A stretch of 64,000 nucleotides of DNA, the filler included, from Dirinaria sp. TL-2023a (Eukaryota): assembly GCA_051941275.1 (NCBI GenBank). It is 5 parts of 5 records of this genome, joined end to end, with 100 filler letters (N's around TTAATTAATTAA, not from the genome) between each part and the next. Parts side by side here need not be neighbours in the genome. Positions count along the whole stretch, not along the records: positions 1 to 13,029 come from JAVEBF010000718.1; positions 13,130 to 26,151 come from JAVEBF010000719.1; 3 more parts are not named here. The stretch is one strand, 5' to 3'. Under the pieces are notes generated by a model. It saw only the letters and a program-made list of their open reading frames with translations. It had not been told where the DNA came from and made no database searches. The position numbers were made by a program, and so were the translations under genes. Positions 10,851 to 23,556 of this stretch are shown in pieces. Each line of letters starts with the position of its first letter. Position 1 is the first letter of the stretch.

Positions 10851-12350
10851 ATGCCTGGTGGCTTTTCGCCTCCTCTGTCGGTCGTACAAAGCTGGCCCAA
10901 GCCGAACTACACAAACCCGGAAACGAGAGGCAATGCTCTGGTTATCTGTCTAGCTGTCTTTCTCGTCCTCGCCTTGCTCGCTCTAGCTGCTCGAATCTGG
11001 GCTCGTTTCGTCCTCTTAAAGTCACCTGGACTGGATGACTGGCTGGCAATATCGGCGGCTCCGCCTACTATCGGCCTCACTGTTGCCGTTATCTTAGGTT
11101 GATGCCAGCATATATGATGGATTGGACATGGTTAACAATGTTCCAGCAGCGGAGAAGTACAACTACAATCGCCATATATGGGACGTCAAACTGGATGCGC
11201 TGGCTCCAATGAGCAAGGTAATCACGCCACAGCCAAGCATTGCTTCTCCAGCTCGTTGACCTTCTTCGTGTGTGTGATATACAGAACGCCTGGATAGCGC
11301 AATTCTTCTTCGTTATCAGCACCTGCTTGATTAAAGTCTCAATTCTTCTCTTCAATCGCCGCATCGCAGCCGGAACGGACAGCCGGTTATTCTCCTGTGT
11401 CGTGTGGGGTGCTATTGGCGTGATCATCGCATATGCAATTGCCTTCTTGGCTGTTCTCTTCGCCCAATGCCAGCCTCTCAACTCATACTGGCTACGCTTT
11501 TCACCTACATACCACGGAACTTACCACTGCCCGAGCAAAGAAGCCACTAGCTTGCCTATATCAGCTTACTTGAGCGTTACGACCGACTTTCTCGCCCTAT
11601 TGCTGCCGTTCTGGCTGGTATGGAACATCAATCTGCCGAGGAGACAAAAGTGGTCGTTGTACGCCATTTTTGGTCTTGGCTTAGTGTAAGTAATGATTTC
11701 TCCCCAAAAAACGCATTCATGGGTCGTCGACAGTTCATAATAATAAAACTGGCCTTTTCCACAGCGTAATCCAGGCAGGCATCCTTCGTTCCATCTACCT
11801 CTACCAAATGTTCCACACTACCTACGACGTGACATGGATCGGGTACTTGGAATGGATATGGACGGCGATCGAGAACGACCTCGCGCTCATCGCCGCCAGT
11901 GCGCCGGCCTTACGACCTATCTTCCGCCGTTACTACCCGTCAGAAAGTAACCCCGGCCATCCCCACCGCCATGCACGGTCTCGCAAATCCTATCGCCGCT
12001 CTTCAGCGGAGGACTCTTACACCCTCCGCCCCGCACGCAAAGGCCACTTTCCCGGCACAAGGGACTCGGCCGCCCAGATCCAGGTTCGAGATGCCGAGCA
12101 AGAGACCAGGCCGACGCTGCCGATCCAGAGTGGCCAAGAGCAGGAGCTAGCCGTTATGGAGAGCCGTATCGGGAGCTTACTGTCGCGTAGTAGCGCGTCC
12201 AAGAGGGGCGGGATGGTGTGGGATGTTGGGGAGGGTAGCCATTGGGATGATGGAAAGAGCGGCACGTTGTGGAACAGTGAGGCGGAGAGCGAGGCGACGG
12301 AGCGGGATGGGAGAGAGTACGCGTGGCCGTTACCGGGGAAAATGATTTGA
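10851..12350 (+). CDS. PTH11-like (fungal rhodopsin-domain) integral membrane protein
   Basis: WPKPNYTNPETRG, ARIWAR..GLDDW, CLIKVSILLF.RRI, QCQP, TDFLALLLP, W..IENDLALIAASAPALRP. Three introns. Confidence 0.88.
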
Positions 12351-13029
12351 AAAATTTTTACGATAGAGGAAAAGAAAAGAAATGGGATGGGAGGGCGGCA
12401 GGTACATTTGAAGCGCAGGAGCTCGGAGTACTACAAACTCTCTATACATGTCATCGTAGTTCGGAAGTTTTTCAAAAGCTATATGCATATATATGTATAC
12501 TTTACTTGTAACATGTAAAATTCAAATAAGGAAACTCCGTGTCCTCTGGTACGAAGTACCCGTTGTGCTTTGTTGTTCAATCGTACCCATACTCGCTCGC
12601 CTAAAGCAGGCACGAGAAAACGACTAAAGTAGGTAGGTAGGTAGGTAAAAGTCGGGCAGAATTTTATCTATATCAAGCATCGAAAATCTCAAAAAAAAAG
12701 TTGGGGAAGTTGTTTCTCTTACATTATGATATATGATTATATATATATATATACTCTCACCTGCTGCACTCTTCTTTCTCTTTCCCTTGCCTTTGCGCAT
12801 TGAAATTTAAAATCTAAATAAGGGATCATGAAGGAAACTTCGAAATACGATCGATCGTTTTTTTTTTCTGATATTTTTCTTGGTCTAGAAACTCTAGTAA
12901 GTGATAAGGAAGGAAGGGAATTTATATATTAGTGCGGGGGCTCTGGTTTCGTGCGATTGTTGGTTGTTGGTTGTTTTCGAAAGTTTGGAGGGTGGATGAT
13001 GGGGAGGAGAGGAGAGGAGAGGATAAGGA

Positions 13030-13129
13030 NNNNNNNNNNNNNNNNNNNNNNNNNNNNNNNNNNNNNNNNNNNNTTAATTAATTAANNNNNNNNNNNNNNN
13101 NNNNNNNNNNNNNNNNNNNNNNNNNNNNN
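13030..13129. other. artificial contig-joining linker (N44-TTAATTAATTAA-N44)
   Basis: Exact 100-bp pattern with a six-frame stop core, repeated identically four times in the window. Confidence 0.97.
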
Positions 13130-13222
13130 GGAGAGAGGACCGTGGTCGTATATGTATTGAATGAGCGCAAGATAAAAGCTGCGCTCTTTTTAACGCGTGC
13201 GGATCGTGATGTTGTGATTGGC

Positions 13223-13254
13223 TACCTTACCTTACCTTACCTTACCTTACCTTA
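13223..13254. repeat. (TACCT)n pentanucleotide microsatellite
   Basis: About 6 tandem copies of tacct. Confidence 0.85.
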
Positions 13255-13570
13255 AGGATGGTAAAAGGCATGCAGTAAGTATACTAGCTCATGTGGAAGA
13301 AGCTCGCAAGAGACATTGACTTACTTTACTTGTTCGAAAACAATCCAATGGACTAAGGTGGGCTAGTGAGCAAAAAAGCTCAGCTTGGAGTCGATCTTTG
13401 GACACGTCGAATCTAATCTCTCTCTGTCTCTCAAGAAACTATTTGATTTATTTGATGTCATTTATTATGTTATTTTTATGTACTTATTACATCCCCGCCA
13501 CAAAGCAAACCAAATTCCCAATTTCTCCCCAAAAATCAAAAAAATCAAAAACTCAATCGAAAAAAAAAAA

Positions 13571-14716
13571 TCAATAAACAAGTCGATTCCTCCGCGCCAA
13601 ATGCTCCAGCGCACTAATCTCCTCATACGCAGCCGGCTTGTCCTCGCGCACGAAATCATCCATGGGCCCCGCCGATTTCTCGCCGCTCGGCCGGCTGAAG
13701 AACACGAGTGAGTAGCGTTCGGGGAGGATGCATTCCTCCCCTTCCTCCTCCTCTTCCTTTTCAGCATCATCGTGGTTTTGAAATTGTGCAGGCACCGAGA
13801 CGCGGTGCAAGCCTGCCTTCAGCACGTCGTTCGTCCAGCGCTGCAGGATATCCGCCACCGTGACGATGAGGTCGGCGGGCTCGTCCCCCGTCACGGGGAC
13901 GAATTTCCCCGGCTTACTGCGGTCTTCGAACTCCAGTCCCCCCGCACTGTCCTGGAAGAGGAGGCTCACGGTTCCGAAATCCGTGTGCGGCCAGATGCGG
14001 CGCGTGTTTTGGGTGAGCAGTTCGCGCTTCGCGATGCTGGGGTAGTGGTTTAGGCGCAGCTCGCCTACGTTGGGGAGAGCGCGGGAGAGGAGGGAGCCCG
14101 CGGGGATATCGAGGCCCAGTTCGATGGCTTTGAAGATGAGGTTGGAGGTCTGTTCGAGCGTGTGGTAGTAGGATTCGATGTGCTGGCGGAAGGTGGGCAG
14201 GGTTTCTTCGGCGATCCATTGGTTCGGATGTTTGGTGTCGTTCAGGGGGCCGATGTTTAAAGATTCCTTTACACTCGTTAGATGGCGATGAATGGGTCCT
14301 TTTTTTTTTTGGGAAGGCTTTGATATACGAGTGCGTCTTTGGCATCTGGTATGCCTTCGTTTCCAGGGTGGAGTTTTGACGACTTCTCTTGATTACTGCT
14401 GTTGAAACCCCTCACCGGGCCTGTTCCACCTTTGTGCACGCAACTCATTTTCTCTTCCGTCGAAAGAGCGAAGAAACGCTTTTGCTATGATTGCCCGCTT
14501 TATCAGTGCCAAGGGACTCAACTAGCCACTCTTGCTTGAAAACAGTCATCTCACCCAGTTGAAGATCTCGGTGACATCCTCGCTGGAGATGCCATGATTT
14601 CGCAGCCTGACATAGCCGTGTTGGCTTAGGCAAGATACTAGATCTTTGGCAAATTGGATGCGATCATCTGCAGAACCGGCGAGATATCGGGATGCATCAA
14701 GTGTCGTTGAGGACAT
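13571..14716 (-). CDS. 2-oxoglutarate/Fe(II) dioxygenase, IPNS/DIOX family, 3 exons
   Basis: DIOX_N start (GYVRLRNHGIS). ELRLNHYP, HxD motif IWPHTDFG, distal His LHRV, RYS 2OG-binding motif. Frame is intact after removing two GT-AG introns. Confidence 0.9.
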
Positions 14717-15953
14717 GATGTACAATTTAGAATTCAAGATCGCAACTGCGAGAGAAGAGACATGAGATGCACGCCGAGGACATTGAGGATTGGGAAAGAA
14801 TAGAGAAGCACTTCTCCGCCATTGCCGGCAGCGTGGTCATAGCTCGCTCCTGATTGAGTCGATCTCGCCAAACGCTGCTTGCGTGAGTAGAGCGAGAGGG
14901 GTAGGCAGAGGCTTGAACTGCTTCTGGCCTGGTTTGAGGAGTTGTCCGCAATTCTGGCCCACGCCATGGTGTGTTACACGACATCGAAAGGGTTGCCATC
15001 TCAGGTAATTCAAGGGGGGAAGCACCAGGTGGCCCAATTGTCCCATAGGCCGAATCAAAAGCAACCAGAAGAATTGGGCAGACGAGATATTTTTCAAGCC
15101 TTCTGCATGTCAGTGCATGAGCTGAATTGAACTTGTGCCTTCCATTGTCTGTTGGATGAATTAGTTTGTGCATAGGTAGCATCCGTGCATGCATTCATGA
15201 TGTGTGGATGTGGCACCGATGATGTGGGCAACAGCCCACAAATCAAAACCTGTATCTGACACCGGCGACGCTAGGCCAGCGAAACGAGCCAGGTCAGCAC
15301 CCCGCCCGAGATACATATAATCTGGTTGATGCCGATGAGATGGCGGCAAGACTTGACTTTGGAAGATGTCGATTTTGGCCCCTAATCTTTGGTATTGTCA
15401 ACAAAAGAGGCGGGTTTACATACGGAGTATATGGCGGGTCAAGGGGGTGATTCATGAAGGGATATGGTCTAACCTGATTTGTAGTCATTCCGAGGTACAG
15501 CCGAAGTTGGCCCCTCGCCTCGCTCGCCCCGAGGCCCTCCGTTAGTAGACTCGTGTGCAGACCCCCCAACCTTCATTGGCTTAATCAGGCATCAAAGTTT
15601 AAAGAGTCTCTGGCCTAGCTTATCTATATGAAGTCTCGCCGTCATCAGGCAGTCCCTCAGGTCTTTCGTTGTCCCTATCAAGAATTGAATGGTAAGGTAG
15701 AAACTGCCGACTGCGTTGCTAACTGCTACACTAAGGTAGTTTGAGGATATAAAGTCGTCAAGATATGGTGCGGCAGATGGAGTCTTTGGGTACTATGTAG
15801 CTTGCTTTTTCAAAGACCCGTAAGATGGTAGATTGAGGCAATAAGCTTTCTTGAAGGACTCAGACACACATCGGGTATAAGTGACGGTTACAAAATCTAC
15901 TGCTCTATTTTCTCATTAGTCTCGTCCTTGGTTTTCCTTCTTCCCTGTATCAA

Positions 15954-17585
15954 TCACACTCGTTCGAGTTGAAAGATCTTTCTGAACATCAACCCCCGAT
16001 GTTCTGGGTGATGTTTCGGCTCCTTGGATGCAAAACTTGACTGCCGTTCCCCACGTCCCTCATCTCTGCGTTCGCGTTCGCTTTTGGCAACTGCCTCCTG
16101 CTCCGTCTTGCTAATCTTCCACCCTCGGAGAAATAAGTTGCAGATGGACGCCCCGATGTACATGAAGCCCACAAAGATCTGTACATCGAGATAGATGTCC
16201 CCCGTGGGGGACCGCAGAGCTAACCCGATGGGCTCGGCGACTGTAGACACCGATGTTAGCTTTAAACATCGAGCCGGCTTCAAACATCTCAGACTTACAA
16301 GTAGTAGGTAGGACCATGCAAAACAAAACGACACTAAGAGTACTCGGGACTTCCGAGAGCCCTGCGACGTCTGCTCCGACCGGAGCAACTGTTGCCCAGA
16401 AGGTGCCACATAGCATACCTGCTACTATAGCGAAAAAGCACAACAATCCGAAGCTTTTGGAGAAGATCCAGACAATCAGGGAGACTATACCGCAGAGACC
16501 CGTTGTGATGGTCGCCATATTGATTCGCCCCAGAGTATCGCTCAAGTAACCGGTGGCCGGCCTACCAATCAACAAACCGAGGTTGATCAGCGCGCCTATT
16601 ATTGAGCTTTGATGAACACTCATCCCAACCTGGCGTGCGTAGTTCGGTAAGGAGTATAGGAGGATGGTATAGCCCAGCTCACTCAAACAGCCCCATCCAA
16701 CTACGAGCCAGATCTCACAGCGTTTGAGAAGGCGATAGTTGAAAGCGGACTGGTTGGGTTGCTGCATATGATTTCGATCTCGAATCAAGACAATAGCAAT
16801 GAGGTTCGCAACAAATCCGCAAATGGCGAGAATCCGGAACGTTAACGGAGGGCCAGAACCTTCCAGCATCGAGCTTATTGCTAAGCTGTAGACGATGCCG
16901 CCAAATGGGGCTCCGGCAGCTGCAAGGCCATTGGCTAGGCTCCTTCTCGTCGAGAACCATTGCGGTATGATATTAGAGGATCCAACATAGAGAAACCCTA
17001 GACCCCAACCAAAACAAACCCCCTGGCTGAGATATAGTTGCCAGACTTGATCTGCGAACGATGCCCCAACGAGGGAAAGTGTTATGAAGAAGAGGCCAAT
17101 TGTGAGCGTGGGACGAGTTCCCCAGAGACGCGAACTTGTGTTGATGAGAGGCGTGACGACAAGGGACATAGATGTCGATAGGCCGCCGACCAAGGCATAG
17201 TCGAGCGGACTGGCGCCCGGGTAAAGGTCGTTTGCCAGAAAGAAGTCCAGAAAAATCCCGTATGCCTTGATTCGAAACCCGATCAGCCGAAACAATGACA
17301 AGGGAACGGCAGGTAAAAGAGTTTCTCCAATGATTGCCAAACAGATACAGAAGGCTGACTCACAAAGTTAATGCCCCAAGTGTGGGCGTTGATTAAGAAA
17401 ACGCACAAGACACAAAACCAACCATAACCGCCGTTCGGAGGCACATATTCTTTCTCGGTCACGTATGCTGGGGTCGGCTGGTCGTGATCCAGTAGAAGTT
17501 CGACACTGGATCTGGGAGATGACATTTCCAGATCCATGGTCGTCAGTGCCCGCTCCAGTTGAGCTCTTGTTCCACGTCGAGGCAT
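15954..17585 (-). CDS. MFS transporter, monocarboxylate porter (MCT) family
   Basis: PPNGGYGW..FLINAHTWGIN, IIPQWFSTRRSLANG, GYLSDTLGRIN; about 12 hydrophobic segments. Introns near 17363-17267 and 16298-16241. Start uncertain. Confidence 0.85.
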
Positions 17586-18805
17586 GATGGTTCGTACTCA
17601 AGGCTTGGAATCTTGGGATAGCTGGATGGTTTGGGGGAATGAAGAATCCTGCAGGTTCGTCGATGATGGATGATGGAGCCACTGAAGAAGCCACTGAGCG
17701 GCGTGATAGAATCACTATATCAATATGATGTTAGAAACATATAAGTACATACTCTACATGTACCTTCCATTTGTACAGAAAATGTGGGCGAAACTTCATT
17801 GGCTGGATATGGTTGGGTGTGGTGGAGTTCTTACCGGGTTGGGCTAGCTATTGTCATTCCAGGCCAATCAACGGGCCTCTTGGATAGATCTTAGCTCCTA
17901 ATTGGCAAAAGGGTAGATCCGCTTTCACGGCTTTGCAAACCGCGAGCCGCTCAGGGGCCGAATGATATCACCAGAAAAGGTTCTACTCACTGCTCACCGC
18001 TCACACAGCGTTACATCCTGGCGTCTTTTCGGCCCCGAGTACTTTTAATTCCTCAGCCTCATCGATCATCTCAGGACACCATGACAGTCACACCTGACGT
18101 CACTTGGAATTCTCAGCTTTGAAGATCTCAGATGAAACGCCAAGCAAGGCCGTATCGGAAGTGTTTGACAGAATCACAGATCCGGATGGCGGATGCCATT
18201 ATCTTCTTGACGTAATGACGGAAGACTCAGTTGGTTTTCCAAGGGAATGCCCATTAAACAGACACCCAAGCCTCGGGTAAAAGCACCGTCGCGGAGAAAA
18301 AAGGCGGAGATGACGCACTGTGGATTGTCCGGACCCACTCGCTTCGTATCGAAACGGGATTTGAATTTTCAACAGGCTTCTCGCGGCAGCTTGTTGTTCC
18401 TCCTTTTTTTTCTCATGCACAGCTCGTGAAGTTTCATCATCCGGATTCGCAAAACGTGACGAGTCCTCAGGCTACCTTAGTCAAATGGTTGTGCACATCC
18501 CACGATGATGGAGTCTTTTGAAATTGCCTCAGGGATCGGTGGAGGCATTATCATCACCAAATGGTCTGCTTCTGTACTCGCTGCCACCTGATCGCATCAA
18601 GCTTTTGGCGTTTCAGCAGTCGACAAAAGTATTGTGTCTTAAAGTACGCCTCCCTTTGACTAGCTATTGCAAATCGTTAGGAGCGTTATATTGTGGGACT
18701 CTGCATTGCCATACTGACGTTCGGGCGTACCTTGGTCATTCACCATTAGTCTGTTCTTGAGATGAGCAAATGAGCATTGAACGGCCTGACTTTTGGCGAC
18801 CCCTG

Positions 18806-19871
18806 TTAACAAGCATCCAAGGCCAGACGCATCATCTCCCATCCCAGAGTTGCCGCTGCATTGGCAGGTACCGCTCTACACAGTGCCGGTCCGAGGCCCG
18901 GGAAAAACGCTTTCACTCCTCCCTTACTATAGAGATTTTTAAAGACATAACTTACCTTTGCCTTGCCATCGCTACTCTGTATTCTGCTCTTGACTGTGTC
19001 TATCGGGAACAATGGTACTAACATCACAATCCCCGCACCCGCGCCAGCGCCGCTGACCACGAAAACATTGAGGGAGGCCCCGGCACCATCGCCTCGCTCG
19101 GGAGTGAATCGTCTCTTACAGTATTCGTATGTCGCGAAGTATGCCGCGCTATCGGGTGCATCTCTCGCAAAAGTCATCAAACCTCCCCTGTACACTGAAC
19201 GGATGCCATCCCTTTTGTACAAGCCAGAGATCATGCTAACTATACCGCTAGCAGCTATCTTGTAGTGCTTGCTCCCTTGGATGCCTTGACCTTGGACCTG
19301 CAGAAGTATCTTCAAGCGTTCAAAAGGTGCACTGATAAGTGTCATGGGTATTGCTGAGAGAAGTCTGGCAGCATAGATTTGTGCGATTTATAGTTTCGCA
19401 GCAGGTTCATAGATGCCACCAGCAAGCGTCTGAACGAGCAATTTACCAAGATCGTACAGCCAGAATGAGACGGCGTCTAAAGGAAAGCGTTAATCACGGT
19501 CGATAAGTTGAGCGGAAAGATACGTCACAGATTGGCGTTACACCCATTAGAGGGGCGGTGACGCTGCCGTAGATGCTCTGCCGCCATTAAAAGGTATCGG
19601 CAAAGAGTTTCGAGCACTGGCATACCCTAATTCCGCCATCTCGACTCAAAATACTCCTGACTACATCTGAGGCATTTCTATGCGCAGCCCTGTCCGCTGT
19701 CTGCAATCGGACCTTGACGAGGTCAAATGGGTAGCCCACTAAAACCGAACAGATGCCCCCAGCAGCGCCAGCCACAAGTGAGCACAGGCCGGGGAAGTGG
19801 AAAGCTTTCAGACCATTTGCTTCATGGTATGGCTCCCTACCATCCGACCAAGTGGCTAGCATCTTGGGCAA
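18806..19871 (-). pseudogene. mitochondrial carnitine/acylcarnitine carrier (CRC1-like), disrupted
   Basis: Three carrier signatures (PFDLVKVRLQ, PFERLKILLQ, PIDTVKSRIQ), plus APLMGVTPI and RAVPANAA. In-frame TAA at 19390-19388 in KL*IAQIYAARLLSAIPMTLI. Confidence 0.75.
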
Positions 19872-20692
19872 TCAACGCGACGGACCCTCGGCGAGGCCCG
19901 GACTACAATGTGGATGTGCCACTGGGACCAGAGTATCACTGCTACTCAATGAGACTCTCAGAAGTGGCGATCGACTCATCTGCAGAGCTGGTGGTTTCGT
20001 GTATGGGAACGATGATCAGAAAAGAATGGCTAATCCTCATAGTTAGATGCTGTTCCCCACCTTTTTACGGCCCCCAAGTTGATATGGGCTGGAAAAAGGC
20101 CTGCCGAGAGAAAAGTCGGAGCCGTGCCTCCGCTAACGCAAATCGCCGCCTAAACAGGTATAGCTCGAAGGAGCAACGGTAAAGCTCGTGTGCGAAAGAG
20201 GTCATGACTATTGGACAGACAGATGTTGAGCGGTGAAGCCTCTTGAACCATCGAGTGGAAAAATGCGAGCTGGAGTTCGCGGGAAACCTGCTTAAGTAGT
20301 GTGACCGACAATTTCATGCAAGAATACTGAAACGGTCATGATGGAGGTGGTACCAACGGTCTAGACAGTCGAACGTAAGGTACCTTCTTCGCCACTGCAT
20401 CACAATACATCATACTATGCAAGCACAATGCTGAAGATCGATCGACAAGTTGATGCTTGTGACGACCGGGCCCGCTCACTCATGCGAGTTTGTAAGTCAT
20501 TGTTGCTGTAGGCATGCTCGGTTATCATGGCGTTGGTCGGCTTTGGCTTTCAAGTACGTAAAGGTAACTCGACATCCTCTTTTTTCGGAAAGGTTCGCTT
20601 GTGTGAAAAGCTCCCTTATTAAGCTCTGAAAATCCAAGAAAACCTCTCATCATAATAATTTGCGGAGACTAGCTCCCAAGCCAGCGATCCAA

Positions 20693-21238
20693 ATGGCAGC
20701 AGCAATCCATCCCGCTCAACAGGATTTGGCCTTCAAAGTCGTCCCGCCGTGGGTCGCACCCGACACTGCTTCCCTCCTGCAGGTGAGCAGGGGGGAAATC
20801 CCATTCAGCTCTTCCGCCACCTCCAAAGTCTTCCTTCCTGCCGGGGCCCTCTTCGCACGAATCACAACTGCCACATACACTCCCCATCAGACATACTCCT
20901 CGGTCCAAGTTGGCCCTGAAGTCCACGTCGAGCTGAAATCCGATCTCCTTTTCATCGACCACAGCTGCCAGCCTTCTCTAGAGTTCGATATGGCGAGATT
21001 CGAGGTACGCGTCGTTAAAGACCGCCCGCTGCGTGAGGGTGACAAGCTCTCGTTCTTCTATCCGAGCACAGAGTGGAAGATGGCGCAGCCCTTCGACTGT
21101 CGATGTGATGCACCGAAGGGAATGTGCCTCAAGAGGATTGAAGGCGCTGAAGGTTTGGATGATACTGTCTTGAGCCGTTACTGGCTCAACGAACACATCA
21201 ATGAACTATTGGCTGTTCGACGAATGGAAAAGGGTTGA
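20693..21238 (+). CDS. small SET/post-SET domain protein
   Basis: LLFIDHSCQPS (NHSC-like), GDKLSFFYPSTEW, post-SET FDCRC...C; about 181 aa, intronless. Confidence 0.75.
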   Translation: MAAAIHPAQQDLAFKVVPPWVAPDTASLLQVSRGEIPFSSSATSKVFLPAGALFARITTATYTPHQTYSSVQVGPEVHVELKSDLLFIDHSCQPSLEFDMARFEVRVVKDRPLREGDKLSFFYPSTEWKMAQPFDCRCDAPKGMCLKRIEGAEGLDDTVLSRYWLNEHINELLAVRRMEKG

Positions 21239-21749
21239 TTGAAATTGTGTTGCTCAGTCGACTGGTCTTGACGGAGCGGTACGTGGAAACAGGACTGGAC
21301 TGAGCGTTGAGGCAATTGCATTACCCAATTCTTGCCGTGAGTTCCAAAATACTGTTGCTTGCTTGATTAGATAGCAATATATGAGAATCTCATCCATCAT
21401 TCCGCACAGAGCAGACTGGCATTGAGCTCTGATGACATAGGGAGACCTGCTGACTAATAAGCATGCCCCACTTTCTGCTTCATTCCGATTGAAATGATCA
21501 TGCCACTCGTAGATGACGTCGTATTGTCTCTCACCACAATCCAAATTGTTCACAACCCTCGTCATGAGGAAGTTCTCTCGAAATCTCATCATAGTACCTA
21601 GAAGCCGACTCTGCAGCACGTGGGCTCAATCAGATGCGACCTAAAAAGGTATCTTTGCAAGGAAGGTAAGTAGATAGAGCTTCCCCTTCAAAACTGTACG
21701 CTGGCAGATCCAGCATTCCAGTCAATTAACATTGAGAAATTGCACTCAG

Positions 21750-23556
21750 GCCAGGCGTTTAATTCCGCCTACCAACCGGACGTACGCAACAGCGACGTCG
21801 CGTCCTATCCTGCTGGACCACAAGGATAGCAGCTCCATTACGCTCTCCTTGCCAAACTGGGAAGAATTGAAATTGTCAAGACTCCTCCTATCTCGTGAGT
21901 CTTGATCTAAAAACCTTCTGACTACGCGTTTCGCGAACTAGAAGTTATTTCTATTTAGGTAGAACTCCCTATATACACATCCAGTGATATAGATGACACC
22001 TCAAAGGGATCATTGCGCGTGTCCAGAATGCCGTCATCCAGACACTCAACAGCGCTTGGTAGATACGTTCTCGATAAGGCGGCTCTGCTTTTCACGATGC
22101 AGCCTCAAATGGCAAACACATCATTTCGTCGTCGCTCCTTGACTTAAAAGTTGCCTTACTCTTTACAGAGAGACGTACTCTAGGTTGCATGAGTTTTGTC
22201 CCCTCCTTATGGTACTATAAAGTTCTTCCGTTGGCAGGATGAAATAGATCCCAGAGTATTGCAGCAAGAGAGATTGACTTGACGAGAGATGGCATTTGCA
22301 TAACATGTAAGCAGTACTGGTGACTTACAATGCTCGACTGACTCCCAAGGGGCGAACGATGGCCGCAAGAGCTCATATAGTCGGGACTGGCTTGAAGCTC
22401 GGAATTCAAGCCCACGATCCCCCAATGAGTCGGTCTACGTGCCGACTTTTGCTTGAACGGTACTTATACTCATAGACTGGCCCGTTGGGACGCCGAAATC
22501 GCTGCAGAACCTCCGAAAATTGATCATGCAGAGGTCATGAACTCTATGTATGGCATGAAGCAGTGGACGTCTTTGATTGTAAGCTGAGTCAGAAAACTCG
22601 TCGGTCTAAGCTTCTCACGTGATATCCCAGCGAAAATGGGGATTTTGTTTTGTCGATGGATGCCCCGAGACTGGAAAGGCCACCCAAGAGCTTATCGAAC
22701 GTATAGCTTTTATTCGTCATACGCATTACGGTAGGTTTCGTGACCGTTGTTTCCTTGCTGCGAGATCTAGCAGCAGGAAATTGATGTATCCCATCCTTAG
22801 GAGGCTTCTGGCACTTCACTTCAGACTTAGCATCAAAGGACAGCGCTTATACTTCGTTAGCGCTAGCTGCGCACACTGACACGTCATACTTCTCCGACCC
22901 AACCGGATTTTAGACCTTCCATTTGCTCTCGCATACAAATGGCACAGGGGGATCCTCTCTACTTGTCGACGGCTTCAAGGCGGCGGAGACTCTTAGCAGA
23001 GAGTCACCCGAGGCGTATCAGGCCCTGTGTCAGGTCAAGATCCGTGGGCACGCGAGCGGAAATGAAAACGTCAACTTGATGACCGATCTCCCGTATCCTG
23101 TCTTAGTGACCGCAAAGGCGGAATGTGGGCCAGAGACTTTAAGGCAGATACGGTGGAACAATGATGATCGAGCAGCAATGATTGCTCGAGATCCAGATGA
23201 GATTGGAAGAAGTGGGTTGAAATTGTGAGAAGACCTCGATCGGAGTATTGGGAGCAGTTAAGGCCAGGGAGACCTTTAAGTAGGTCACACTACGCCAGGA
23301 GGCTTGTTTTTCTTCTGGTGCGAGAATGCTGATTGGATCAAGTTTTCGACAATTGGAGGGTTCTGCATGGAAGATCCGCATTCAGCGGTAGACGAGAGAT
23401 GTGTGCAGGCTACAGTCTGTCATGCACTCACTTCGCTTAGATGGAGAGTATGCTAACCTTGATAGCTAATATGGACGACTTATCTCGAGATGGAAAACAC
23501 TGCATTTTTCTCAGCAGAGGGTTAGAAACAGCGTACAGCGCTGGCAGATGAAGTGA
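21750..23556 (+). pseudogene. trimethyllysine dioxygenase (TMLD, BBOX/TauD-like family), disrupted
   Basis: RDHCACPEC..TQQRL (GBBH-like N domain), GFCFVDGCP, RHTHYGGFW, AHTDTSYF (HxD), IRWNNDDR, FDNWRVLHGRSAF. Stop TAG at 22911-22913, frame break near 23205, further lesions near 23480. 5' boundary approximate. Confidence 0.85.

Noticed and set aside
13074..13085. TTAATTAATTAA repeated every ~13.1 kb as a biological periodic element
   Set aside because: Always embedded in exactly 44+44 N; an artificial six-frame-stop spacer.
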